Made by a program: the position numbers and the translations under genes. From positions 14,368 through 78,367 of the forward strand of contig CBDHGK010000025.1 in NCBI GenBank assembly GCA_965263045.1: a stretch of DNA of 64,000 nucleotides. Direction: 5' to 3'. Below are positions 35,599 to 45,419 of the stretch, piece by piece. Within the stretch, counting starts at the first letter, position 1. Each line of letters begins with the position of its first letter. Under the pieces are notes generated by a model. It was not told the DNA's origin and did no database searches. It was given only the letters and a program-made list of their open reading frames with translations. Origin of the DNA: Terriglobia bacterium (lineage in GTDB: Bacteria; Acidobacteriota; Terriglobia; 20CM-2-55-15).

Positions 35599-37674
35599 AT
35601 GAAATGGAGTCATGTTTTCCTCTTCTTCGTGGCGCTTGACGTCTCGGTCGCGCGCTATATTCTGAGTCCATTTCCGGACGGATCGGAGAACCCCGTTGTG
35701 GCGCTGATGGCCCTCGATGCACCCGTGCTTCTCGGGCTCGCGCATGGTTGGTATGCCGCCATGCCCGGTGTCATGGTGGTGATCGGCGTGACGCTCTTTT
35801 CCGGCGTATGGCGGGTCTGGTTCGAGGCGGCTCCACGGAAGAAACAGGGCAAGGGCGGGCTTCCGCCGTGGCCGGTTGCCGACACGGATGAGAACCCGGC
35901 CCTTGTCGTCGGGGAGACGCATCACCCGGTCGAGGCGCGGGAGGTGCCGAACCCGGACTGGCTCGTGATCCCGGAGCGCGGCCTCTATACCGGAATCGCC
36001 ATCTTCGGGGCGGTCGGATCCGGAAAGACCTCGGCTTGCATGCATCCGTTTGCCCGGCAACTGCTCGGCTGGCAAGCCACGAATCCGGAACGCCGGGCGG
36101 CCGCCTTGGTCCTCGAAGTCAAAGGAGATTTCTGTTACGACATCCGGGAGATTCTGGAAAAGGCGGGCCGGGAAGGCGATTACATGGAACTGAGCTTGAA
36201 CGGCGAATATCAGTGGAACCCCCTGGGCGCGCACTGGCTCGATTCCTACTCCCTGGCCTATACGGTTTCCTCGCTCCTGAATCAGTTGTTCGGCAAGGGG
36301 AAAGACCCATTCTGGCAGCAATCCTACACGAACCTGGTGCGGTGGATTATCGAGCTGCACCGGATCTTTCCCGACCGTTGGGTCACCTTGCGGGATGTTT
36401 ATCGATGCGCGATCGACCCCGAGCTGTTCAAACAAAAGATCAGGGAGGCGGCCATTGTCGTGGAGACACAAGCGAATGGAGCGATCGTGGTTTCGGCTGA
36501 TGAGTGGGCCAAGCGTGAAGAGGATTTGCTTGCGCTCGGCCCCTGGGTCGAACTTCCCGGCGGGCAATTCCAAACCCCATGGCGGGGAGCCGCCGCGAAG
36601 TGGTTGAACGCGGAAGGTGCGAGCTACAGCAGCCGGGCCGTGAAGGCCCACACTGACACCGACGAATTGGGGGCACGGCTGGAAAGCGTCAACACCTGGT
36701 ACGAGAAGGATTGGATGAATCTAGACCCGAAACTGCGAACCTCGTGTGTCGAGGGCATTTCCAGTTTCCTGTCCCTGTTCGACATGGCCGATATCGCCGC
36801 AATTTTCTGTCCGAAGGCCCCGCCGGTGAAGGACGAGGACGGCACGGCACGGAAACCCCGTGAGTCGGGGGAAGACGGCGGCCAGGAGGACGAGAAACCC
36901 GACGGGCGGCCGCCGACCGATAAGGCCAGGATGCGGCAGCACCTTCCACCCCTGGACGAGCTGATCGAGAGCGGAAAGGTCCTGGCTCTCAACATGCCCT
37001 CTGGCTCGAATCCGGCGCTCGCTCGCGCCATCGGCGTGTTCCTCAAAAACGCCTGGCTCCAGACCCTGCTCCGGCGGCCGGCACAGATGAAAGCGGACTC
37101 TGAGCGTTACTTCCGGCCCGCCGTCTTCATCTGTGACGAGTACCAGTCCTTCGCCTCGGTCGGCGAGGACGACCCCTCGGGGGACGAGAAGGCGTTTGCC
37201 CTCACCCGGCAGTGCCGCGTCATCCCGATCGTTGCCACCCAATCCATATCCTCGCTCCGCTCCGTGCTGGGCACCTCCGAAGCCTGGCGGGCGCTGTTGC
37301 AGACGCTCCGCACCCGGATCTTCCTTTCCCTCAGCGACGACGCGAGCGCCGACATCGCCTCGAAACTCTGCGGGCAGGTGGCCCGGATCAAGCCGAGCTG
37401 GACCGTCACCGAATCCGCACAACAGGCCCAGGTGTCCCTGCTCTCGGGACGGGCCGGTGGAACCAAGGGCTCAGTGGGCACGAGTAAATCATTCCGGGAG
37501 CAGCGGGAGGCTTTGTTTCAGCCGAGGGAGTTTGGATTGCTGCCCAATTGCCAGGCCATTTGCTTGCCCTATGACGGCACCAACGCGACCAGTGCCGTTC
37601 GGGTTTATCTCAAACCCTACTACCTTCCCGAAACGACGCCCTACTGGCGCGCGGTCGAGGCAGGGAAGATATGA
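35599..37674 (+). CDS. virD4: VirD4-like type IV coupling protein
   Basis: N-terminal TMs, GAVGSGKT Walker A, KGD, WNPL, DPFW, FICDEYQ, VATQS. Confidence 0.9.
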   Translation: MKWSHVFLFFVALDVSVARYILSPFPDGSENPVVALMALDAPVLLGLAHGWYAAMPGVMVVIGVTLFSGVWRVWFEAAPRKKQGKGGLPPWPVADTDENPALVVGETHHPVEAREVPNPDWLVIPERGLYTGIAIFGAVGSGKTSACMHPFARQLLGWQATNPERRAAALVLEVKGDFCYDIREILEKAGREGDYMELSLNGEYQWNPLGAHWLDSYSLAYTVSSLLNQLFGKGKDPFWQQSYTNLVRWIIELHRIFPDRWVTLRDVYRCAIDPELFKQKIREAAIVVETQANGAIVVSADEWAKREEDLLALGPWVELPGGQFQTPWRGAAAKWLNAEGASYSSRAVKAHTDTDELGARLESVNTWYEKDWMNLDPKLRTSCVEGISSFLSLFDMADIAAIFCPKAPPVKDEDGTARKPRESGEDGGQEDEKPDGRPPTDKARMRQHLPPLDELIESGKVLALNMPSGSNPALARAIGVFLKNAWLQTLLRRPAQMKADSERYFRPAVFICDEYQSFASVGEDDPSGDEKAFALTRQCRVIPIVATQSISSLRSVLGTSEAWRALLQTLRTRIFLSLSDDASADIASKLCGQVARIKPSWTVTESAQQAQVSLLSGRAGGTKGSVGTSKSFREQREALFQPREFGLLPNCQAICLPYDGTNATSAVRVYLKPYYLPETTPYWRAVEAGKI

Positions 37675-38654
37675 GCGACAAACGCGGCATGGACTACCTG
37701 CGCCCGTTTTTGCCGGGCCTCGAATCGGTCCTCGAAGATGAGGACGTCAGCGAGATCATGATTAACGGACCTCGTAACGTCTGGATCGAAAGCCGCGGTG
37801 AAATCCGGCCCCATCCCGCGCCCGGCCTCGATGAGGCCGCGCTGGAACGAGCGGCCATTCAAATCGCGCGGCCCCTCGGCCTCGATCCGGCCACCGCGCC
37901 CATTATCGATGCGCGCCTCGACGATGGCTCCCGCGTGGCGATCTGTGTGCCCCCGGCCGCGCCGCATGTTGCCATCACCATCCGGCGATTCGGCAAGCGG
38001 AGCTATTCGCCCGAGGATCTTGTGCGCTTCGGCTCACTGCCCCAAGAAGTCCTGGACGCGGCGCGGACCGCGCTACTGGGCCGGCGAAATATCCTCGTGT
38101 CGGGCGGAACGGGCTCGGGTAAGACCACCTTGCTCAATGCCCTGGTCGAGTTGCTCCCCGCCGACGACCGCATTGTTTCCATCGAGGACACCCTGGAACT
38201 CCGGATCGACCGGAAAAACTGTGTCCGCTTCGAAGCGCGTGGGATTGACGGCGCATCGGTGACGATCCGTGACCTCGTCAAGCACGCGCTCCGGCACCGG
38301 CCCGACCACATTGTGGTCGGCGAGGTCCGGGGCGGCGAGGCCGCCGATCTCTTGCAGGCGCTCAATACCGGACACGGTGGGAGCCTGACCACAATCCACG
38401 CCAACAATGCCGAGTCAGCCCTGTCCCGGCTGGCGACTTGCGCCATGCAAGGCGAGACGGACTTGCCGTGGGAAGTCACTTGCCGGGGCGTGGTGGACGG
38501 GATCTCCATGGTGATTCACATGACGCGGCGCGAGGGGAAGCGGTACGTCGAAGAAGCCCTTCACGTGAGCGATTACGACGCCGCAAAGCGGCGCTGGCAC
38601 TACAGGCCCGTTGCGTTCGCCGACCCCCAACTCGAACTGAAGCAGGTGCGGTGA
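37671..38654 (+). CDS. virB11: VirB11/TrbB-family ATPase
   Basis: SEIMING, GGTGSGKTTLLNAL, IEDTLEL, LRHRPD.IVVGEVRG, NTGH.GS.TTIHAN. Confidence 0.93.
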   Translation: MSDKRGMDYLRPFLPGLESVLEDEDVSEIMINGPRNVWIESRGEIRPHPAPGLDEAALERAAIQIARPLGLDPATAPIIDARLDDGSRVAICVPPAAPHVAITIRRFGKRSYSPEDLVRFGSLPQEVLDAARTALLGRRNILVSGGTGSGKTTLLNALVELLPADDRIVSIEDTLELRIDRKNCVRFEARGIDGASVTIRDLVKHALRHRPDHIVVGEVRGGEAADLLQALNTGHGGSLTTIHANNAESALSRLATCAMQGETDLPWEVTCRGVVDGISMVIHMTRREGKRYVEEALHVSDYDAAKRRWHYRPVAFADPQLELKQVR

Positions 38655-38812
38655 TGCCCGACAACGCTGCCAGGAGGATGAAACAGAGGCGGGCCGGGAT
38701 TGTCAGGGCGATGCTTCTACTGGTTCGCGGATACAACGCGGCAAAGAATCTCTGCTTAACGGCCCCGATCTGGCCGGTAAAATGTGATAAGGATATGGAG
38801 GTTTGCGAGGAC

Positions 38813-39727
38813 ATGAACGATAAATCAAAACCTACACTCTCTCTGGTAACGCCTCAAGCGCGGCGCCACTACACCCGATTAGATCAGGTGGATCGGCTTG
38901 TCAGGGCCGGGGAGTCGGATTCGGACATTGGGTATATGGGACGGTTGATGGCGCTGTGCAACCTGCCTCGCACCAACCTTGGCAACCAGCTTCAATACGA
39001 ACGCGACAACGGCCCATACTCGCTGGTCATGGTCGCGGGGGCTAAGAACAAGCTGCCATACGGTAATATTCCCCGCCTGCTGATGACTTGGGTTTGCACC
39101 GAAGCGGTGCGGACTCAAAGCCGAAGATTATTTTTGGGAAATTCTCTTTCCAATTTCGTGCGGCTGGTGGGTGTTGCAGAGGGCGGTGGGCCTCGGACCC
39201 GTCTTCGGGAGCAAATAGAACGCCTGTTTCGCTGTTCTATCTCGCTGATCTACAGAGACGCGGAAGGTTCATCAAGCGTGAGTTCTCAGATCGCCGACGT
39301 GACAGAATTTTGGTGGGACCGGAAGCCCGATGGTGTGCTGTGGCAGAGCAACATCGAACTCGGTGAGAAGTTTTTCAACGAGATCATCCGCCATGCGGTG
39401 CCTGTGGACATGAACATCCTGAAGGCCATCATGCGGTCCTCTATGGGGTTGGACCTGTACCAGTGGCTCAACTACCGGACGTTCGGGATTCAACAGTCTA
39501 TTCGGTTGACTTGGCCCCAACTCTACCGCCAATTCGGTGCGGACCCTTCCAGAGCTGCCGAGAAGAACCCTGTTGATAACTTTCGGAAAGACTGTATCCG
39601 GGAGTTGAAGAAGATCAAGGTAGCTTGGCCCGGGCTAGACTACACAACTCCAAAGGGAGCCCTTGTGCTGCTTCCCACAACTACCCCATCCGTTCCGCCG
39701 CTTCAGTTCCCGCTACTCTCCCGCTAA
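38813..39727 (+). CDS. repA: Plasmid replication initiator RepA (RepA_C-like), copy 1
   Basis: LCNLPR, LPYGNIPRLLMTWVCTEAVRT, LGNSLSNF, HAVPVD, LDLYQWLNYRT; iterons downstream. Confidence 0.85.
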   Translation: MNDKSKPTLSLVTPQARRHYTRLDQVDRLVRAGESDSDIGYMGRLMALCNLPRTNLGNQLQYERDNGPYSLVMVAGAKNKLPYGNIPRLLMTWVCTEAVRTQSRRLFLGNSLSNFVRLVGVAEGGGPRTRLREQIERLFRCSISLIYRDAEGSSSVSSQIADVTEFWWDRKPDGVLWQSNIELGEKFFNEIIRHAVPVDMNILKAIMRSSMGLDLYQWLNYRTFGIQQSIRLTWPQLYRQFGADPSRAAEKNPVDNFRKDCIRELKKIKVAWPGLDYTTPKGALVLLPTTTPSVPPLQFPLLSR

Positions 39728-39779
39728 TCTGGGTACGCACAGACTCCCCAGCGCTGGTGTAATGGAGCGGAAAAGGAAT

Positions 39780-40040
39780 CTATATAATAGGGACACTGCT
39801 GTTTTGTAACCATATTCCTTTTTTCCACAACTTCCTGTCTTTTCAGCGAGTTTTCCTGCCCCAAACACCACGCCTAACGCAAAAGATTATTGTCCCAAAC
39901 ACCACGCGTAACTGAAGGCTCATCGCCCCAAACACCACGCCATACATATATAAAGACAAATATAAGATTCGGACATTTAGTAGGCACTACGATTCTGTGA
40001 AAAACAATCAAATCTAAGAATAAGCTCGGGGGAAATTCAA
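39780..40040. other. Candidate oriV1: DnaA box, three iterons, AT-rich tract
   Basis: TTTTCCACA at 39821; CCCAAACACCACGC at 39860, 39894, 39927; AT-rich 39941-40040. Confidence 0.75.
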
Positions 40041-40589
40041 AAAATCAGCCTCACACCACCGAAGGCCGCACACGCTACTCCGTCATCTTCTCCTGCCCCT
40101 ACAAGAACGGTAAACACTCGATGACGACACAGACCTTCGGTCCTAGCGAGCTCCGGGTCCTCGCGAAAGTGGCTATCATGCGCACACGTGCCTCTTCGAA
40201 CCTCAGCAGGGTGGGGCGGCCCCCAGGAAGAGTAACGGGCGCCTAGCCTTAGCGTGCAAAATCGCACCGATCTGCCTGATACCTTTACTACGACCTAGTC
40301 AACATCGATCGATGCACCGGATGCTCGGGTTTGTACCTGGACAAAGGGGAGTTGGCAATCATCCTCAAGGCCCAGTCGAAACGATCCCTTGGAGAGGGCT
40401 GATACGGACCTGGCGTTGTCGGGGTTCGTCGGCGTGCGCTTCTTGAACGCCTTCGCCGCATCATCAGTCGCGGGGAGCCGGACGTTTCGGAAGCCGGCGA
40501 TCAACTCGTCCGCCCACTCGCCCCACTCGTCTGCGACTCCTGGAATCAAGGCAGGGTTCTCATGACGCTGTCTGCACCAGAACCCAACA

Positions 40590-40695
40590 GGTCGCGCGCA
40601 AGAGCGTGCATCTGCTCGACCTTCAGGAGGCCGCGTCGGATGCGCATCCGGAGCGCAGGCCCGGACAGGTATTGGAGGATGAACTCCTTGAGCAT
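40590..40695 (-). pseudogene. Tn3-family tnpA internal fragment
   Basis: KEFILQYLSGPALRMRIRRGLLKVEQMHALARD resembles the Tn3 catalytic-E region. Confidence 0.65.
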
Positions 40696-40778
40696 CCGTC
40701 CGGACCGGATCGTTGCGTAACCGCCTTGACGCAATCCCGCCATGGAAGGGAAACAAAACTGAGATAATCTGTGAGGCG

Positions 40779-41075
40779 ATGAAGGACGATGCCCATTATC
40801 GGCACTTGCGCGTGGACTGGGTCGGCGAGAGAGCCACCGAGTCGATCACGCTGTGCGGCATCAAGAATGAAGACAGCGGAAGCGAATCGGCGCTCTGTCC
40901 CAGTTGTGCCCGGGTCCGCGATGCCCTGAAGGTTTGCGGGTTCGGCCCGGAGAGCCTGCGAGAGGTATTTGATACGCTCCGGGAGATCGGCGCTTCCGAG
41001 GTGGCTGCGAAGATGGAGGTGCTTCGAGATCTGGGGAGGCAGCTGGATATGCAGGATCGGTCGCATCTCAACTAA
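40779..41075 (+). CDS. Small Cys-containing hypothetical protein
   Basis: GAGG RBS before MKDDAH; H...TLCG...CPSC pattern. Confidence 0.4.
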   Translation: MKDDAHYRHLRVDWVGERATESITLCGIKNEDSGSESALCPSCARVRDALKVCGFGPESLREVFDTLREIGASEVAAKMEVLRDLGRQLDMQDRSHLN

Positions 41076-41489
41076 AACCGTCTCCGGGAAACCCGGGGGC
41101 GGTTCAATCGTTGACGATTTCGAAGATCAACCGTGTGGACCCCGGTGAAATCCGTTCCCTCAAAGCCCGACTGGCCAAAAGGTGCTGACGATCGGGGAAT
41201 CAACCACGGAGTGGCGGGGCAGGGAGGCGGGCCGGTGAAATGAGCGCCTACCTTGCAGTGCCTTTTCATCGGGCTGTATTCTCTGATACCGCTCCCAGGA
41301 AGCTGCCTGCGAACACTGCGTTCCACACGAGTCGACACGCAAAGACGAGCCGGAAAGGCGAGAGCACCCTCCACTGCGAGAGGCCAGTGCATCAAGTCCC
41401 GGCCAGGATGGATGCACAACAGCCAGGATCAAGGATGGGGCGTTGTTCCAGCGGTTCGACAAGCCATCCGCGAGGCCACCTGGGCGCAC

Positions 41490-41541
41490 CCTCCATCCGG
41501 CTCATCATCAAGCGTCGGGCGGCCGCTGCGGGCGTTGAGGC
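41490..41541 (+). pseudogene. Tyrosine recombinase fragment
   Basis: SIRLIIKRRAAAAGVE, the helix that precedes the GHSLR motif of Cre-like integrases; very short. Confidence 0.45.
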
Positions 41542-41921
41542 TCAGCGACCAGTTCGTATTCGGGTGGAACCTCGTTGAGTTCTTCCTGCATCGTGCCCGT
41601 GCGGTTGGTCGCCAGGAGGATGTAGCGGAACCGCCGGCCTTCGGGGTCCAGCGCCATGATGACGACGGCTTCGTTGCCGCCGAAGGCTGTCTCGCCACCT
41701 TGGGCGCCTGCCACACGGTAGCCCCGCGCGCCCGCCTCGTTGATCTCGTCCTCCATGGTGCCGGTGCGGTTGGTGGCCAGGATCAGATACTTGTCGGACT
41801 GCTCCGCCTGTTGAGCCGTTGCGGGCAGGGTGAAGGCGAACAGCGCCAAACCGATAGCGAGGCCGGTGAGCGTGGTGGTCAAGACGTTGTTTCCCCGAAG
41901 TGTCCGTAGCCGTCCTGTCAT
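41541..41921 (-). pseudogene. Truncated secreted repeat protein
   Basis: Signal peptide ...LPATAQQ; repeat Y.lLATNRTGTM..E.NE twice; cut off by the recombinase fragment. Confidence 0.6.
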
Positions 41922-42271
41922 TTCTCTCCCTCGTTGACTGGCCCCGGGCCGTGCGGCTAAGGTTTCCTCGATCGGAACCAGCCTGTTTCGTTTACGTTCC
42001 ATGGTTTATTCTTCAATGTGCCTTACACAAGGCAGGAACAGCCCTGCCGGCGTCTATTCCGGATCCATCTACTCTGGGACCTAACTTGTGCCGTCGCGCT
42101 GAACTTATGCCATCTACATTATTCCCAGTGTTGAAAAACCGGATGATAGGCCATCCTTACGGAATGATCCATGCAACAAGGCCGCAAGTTGGCGGTCAAA
42201 GTTTTGTCCAATTGCCGAAGAACTATACTGAGATAAATGTCCCCTCGGGCGGGGAATGAAGGAGTGATGCG

Positions 42272-43609
42272 ATGTCTGACCGTTTATTGGATCGATTCCT
42301 TGAAAAAGGTCTATTGGATCTGAAAGGCAATGATGAATGGTATGGGCGCATCAGCTCGACGGCGAAGTCGCTGTCCACTTATCTGCGGGCCAATCCCGAA
42401 GATATGGTCCCTTTCACCTATGCTGCGCTTTTATCTGATGTAGGCGACGAAGATCCGGCCATCGAAAAAACACTAAGTCTTCTAAAAGCTGAATGGAGGA
42501 CCTATTCCTCGGTGTCGATGGCGTCACCAAAAGCCATGCTGCGCGCGATCGTTTTAGATGCCTTGCTGGCGAATGCCGAGTCGGACGATGCGACGAAGTC
42601 GGCGCTGGCGCTGTTGCTAGAAAGTGCCCTACCACATCTTTCTGTAGGAAAAGAAGAAGAAGTCTGGAAGACGGTACTTGATGACCTGCTCTGCGCTGTC
42701 GAACGTAAAGCTGAAGTAGCGTGGACGGTTCCAAGCCGGATAAGCGTGCCGGCTTTCCCGAAGATCGATGTGCCGACAATACGCTTTTCCATGAAAGACG
42801 GAAAGTTTGATAGACAAGTACTTGAAAAGGGTATGTATGCTGCTGCCGGCCCTACAAATGCGCAGAACGAACAGACCAAAGGCAACCAATACTCGTCGAA
42901 CCAAGGACAAGCCTGGAGCAACGAATTCGTACCCCTGGCCACCTCAGCGATCAGCGAAGCCATTTCCGCTGCTACAGGTACCAAAACAGCCTCAGCGAAT
43001 ACCGAAGCTTTCGCCGAGGCGCTGACTGGTGCAATCGTTGATCGCTTGGAAGCCTTCGTCGATCAGATAGTATCGACCACGCACGGCGTTGAAATGCGCT
43101 CGCGACTGTTGTGGTGGAAAGAGGCGCTTGTGTCGCCCTCGTCGCTTGTCAGCTACCGCGACATCGACAGCAAAGCCGCTCCTGGCCTCATGGCATACGA
43201 CTATCAAGCTGTGTTGCCGTCCCTCGCGCCAGCAAGTGTATCGGCGTTCCTGCTTGAGACTGTGCGAACGCTGAAACCTGATAACGAAGAGGCCCCGCTC
43301 GTCGAATGGCTGCAAGCCTTGGCCGAGGAACCGCATGCCGAAGCGCTTAGGGAAGAGATCCGTGAACGCGCGTTTGCAAATGGGTATCGACCCTTGGTGT
43401 CGCTCGTAATCTTGGATGAGCCAGGCGCAAAGTCAATCAAAGATCGGACGGTGTTCGCCCCCGAACTGTTGCTGACCGCTGGTCAATTCGGGTTACTCAT
43501 TTTTCTCGAGCTTCAGGCGATGAAAGCCACAAAAGAGGTCGTCTCTTTCGCGGTAGAGGAAACTTCCGAGAGCACCGATGTCGATGCGGATCAGGAGGAG
43601 CAAGCATGA
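42272..43609 (+). CDS. GTPase-associated system all-helical protein (GASH-like)
   Basis: AAGGAG RBS; helical protein with MYAAAGP and RSRLLWWKEALVSPS; first gene of a coupled operon before two GTPases. Confidence 0.8.
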   Translation: MSDRLLDRFLEKGLLDLKGNDEWYGRISSTAKSLSTYLRANPEDMVPFTYAALLSDVGDEDPAIEKTLSLLKAEWRTYSSVSMASPKAMLRAIVLDALLANAESDDATKSALALLLESALPHLSVGKEEEVWKTVLDDLLCAVERKAEVAWTVPSRISVPAFPKIDVPTIRFSMKDGKFDRQVLEKGMYAAAGPTNAQNEQTKGNQYSSNQGQAWSNEFVPLATSAISEAISAATGTKTASANTEAFAEALTGAIVDRLEAFVDQIVSTTHGVEMRSRLLWWKEALVSPSSLVSYRDIDSKAAPGLMAYDYQAVLPSLAPASVSAFLLETVRTLKPDNEEAPLVEWLQALAEEPHAEALREEIRERAFANGYRPLVSLVILDEPGAKSIKDRTVFAPELLLTAGQFGLLIFLELQAMKATKEVVSFAVEETSESTDVDADQEEQA

Positions 43610-44574
43610 GCACCGCGCGGCTGGACAGATGCCAACTCGAGGACTGCTTTTTCCCAAGTACTAACTGCGGGGCAGGCTTTATGGATGTCGCTCAGTGTTC
43701 TCATTATCAGGGGGACACCGGTCAAAGTCTAGCTGATCTCGCCGCAGACGATGAGCGGTTTCCATGGACCGGCCGACCATTTGGCCTGAAAGATCTCCGG
43801 TTTCTATCGTCCGTCAGGAGACCGCATGTAGTTGGTGTCGCAGGTCTAGCGGATGCGGGCAAGACCACCCTCTTGGGCATGCTTTTCCTGGCGATCTATC
43901 GTGGGCATCAAATCATGGACGGCGCAGTGTTCGCTGGCTCCTTCACCCTTCAAGGTTGGGAGAACATCACCCGTTATCTTCAGCTCAATTCTGACGGTCC
44001 GATCCAGTTTCCGCCGCACACCACACGGTCAGGGCGATTTCCAGGGTTGTTGCATCTGAGGTTTTCGGTGGACGGGGGAAGTGATCGGGATTTTCTACTT
44101 AGCGACGCGCCAGGCGAATGGTTCTCTCATTGGACTGACAATGCCGAAGCAGAGAATGCCGCGGGGGCGCGCTGGATCGCCACCAACGCCGATAATCTGG
44201 TGATCGTTGCGGATACAGAGGCGCTGATAGGGTCAGAGAAGGGGCCAGCTCGGACAAATTTAGAATTCTTGATTCGACGTGTGCAGAACAACTTCCGGAA
44301 GGATGCCGTTGCGCTTCTTTGGTCGAAGACTGACCTTCCACGTCCGAAGGAGTTAGTTGCGACTGTTGAACGCCATTTCAATGACTGTTTCCCGATGGCG
44401 CCGGTGTTTTCAGTTCAAGTCCCTGACAAAGACGAAAAGGCGGATGAGACGACTTTGGGAGCTTTGAGAGAACTGTTTCAGTGGGCGTTCGCTACGGTGC
44501 CCGAAAGGGTAATTGTGGATTGGCCGGCACCGAAGGACGTGGATCCGTTCTTGTCGTATCGAGGCTGGCGATGA
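43606..44574 (+). CDS. TRAFAC-class GTPase 1 of a double-GTPase system
   Basis: Cys-rich N-terminus; G1 GLADAGKTT, G2 PPHT, G3 DAPGE, G4 SKTD. Confidence 0.88.
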   Translation: MSTARLDRCQLEDCFFPSTNCGAGFMDVAQCSHYQGDTGQSLADLAADDERFPWTGRPFGLKDLRFLSSVRRPHVVGVAGLADAGKTTLLGMLFLAIYRGHQIMDGAVFAGSFTLQGWENITRYLQLNSDGPIQFPPHTTRSGRFPGLLHLRFSVDGGSDRDFLLSDAPGEWFSHWTDNAEAENAAGARWIATNADNLVIVADTEALIGSEKGPARTNLEFLIRRVQNNFRKDAVALLWSKTDLPRPKELVATVERHFNDCFPMAPVFSVQVPDKDEKADETTLGALRELFQWAFATVPERVIVDWPAPKDVDPFLSYRGWR

Positions 44575-45410
44575 AAAACACGCCAAGATCGATTCTCCTT
44601 CTCGGTGAGTCCGATGTCGGCAAGACGCACTATGGCGCACAGATTTTGCGGCGGCTGAATGCAGGGCCCGGCGCGTTTGAACTTGTCGACGGGGCAAACT
44701 TGAAACCATTCAAGACGGCCCTCGATAAGATCAGTCAGGGCTTGTCAGCGCCTCATACGCCACGCGCCGAATACAGCGAAAGCATCTGGACGCTCCGGCG
44801 GCGGTCCAGCGGTTCCAGCATTGATCTCGTTTGGCCCGATTATGGCGGTGAACAGGTAAGCGGAATGATCGATGGCAAATCCCTGCCTGCCGCATGGCGC
44901 GACAAAATCGTCAAGGCATCGGGTTGGATATTTATGGTGCGCCCGAGCCAAGTTCCGTTGCCCGAGGACATCCTCACACGGGACGTGTCGCTTCCCGCGG
45001 TCGCCGACCCGGCGAACTCGACGCTGTCGCCACAATCGAAACTGATCGAGGTTCTGCAAATGCTGCAGTATAAGAAACGTTCTTATCTGGACCATAAAGG
45101 GATGTTGCCCCCCTTAGCTGTACTTTTGTCATGTTATGACGAATTAGCCACCAAGGAACCGCCCGGGGCTTATTGCCGTGCCCATCTACCGATGTTCGAT
45201 CAATACTTGTCGTCAAACTGGTCAAAGGACCGCCGGCGGATTTTTGGTGTTTCGCCCTTGGGACAGCCGCTGAGCCAGACAAATCGGGACGAGGATTACG
45301 TCGTATCCGGACCGGAAAAGAGAGGATTTATTGTCGATGAACAAGGGGACAAGAAGGTAGATCTGCTCGCCCCCATTGAATGGCTTCTTTCTGTTTCGGA
45401 TGCGCCTTGA
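44571..45410 (+). CDS. TRAFAC-class GTPase 2 of a double-GTPase system
   Basis: G1 GESDVGKT, PHT, G3 DYGGE, variant G4 SCYD; ATGA overlap. Confidence 0.85.
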   Translation: MKNTPRSILLLGESDVGKTHYGAQILRRLNAGPGAFELVDGANLKPFKTALDKISQGLSAPHTPRAEYSESIWTLRRRSSGSSIDLVWPDYGGEQVSGMIDGKSLPAAWRDKIVKASGWIFMVRPSQVPLPEDILTRDVSLPAVADPANSTLSPQSKLIEVLQMLQYKKRSYLDHKGMLPPLAVLLSCYDELATKEPPGAYCRAHLPMFDQYLSSNWSKDRRRIFGVSPLGQPLSQTNRDEDYVVSGPEKRGFIVDEQGDKKVDLLAPIEWLLSVSDAP

Positions 45411-45419
45411 GCTACCTGA

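Noticed and set aside
35195-35602. 135-aa ORF bridging the gap before virD4
   Set aside because: No protein-like features; the region is better explained by DNA repeats and inverted repeats.
39860-39940. Regularly spaced repeats as a mini-CRISPR (also 59794-59843 and 35284-35408)
   Set aside because: Repeats of 10-16 bp are too short and few, no cas genes are present, and the contexts fit iterons or oriT.
40037-41490. Several short overlapping ORFs between oriV1 and the GTPase operon
   Set aside because: Patchwork of fragments with no consistent coding signal, apart from the pieces listed as features.
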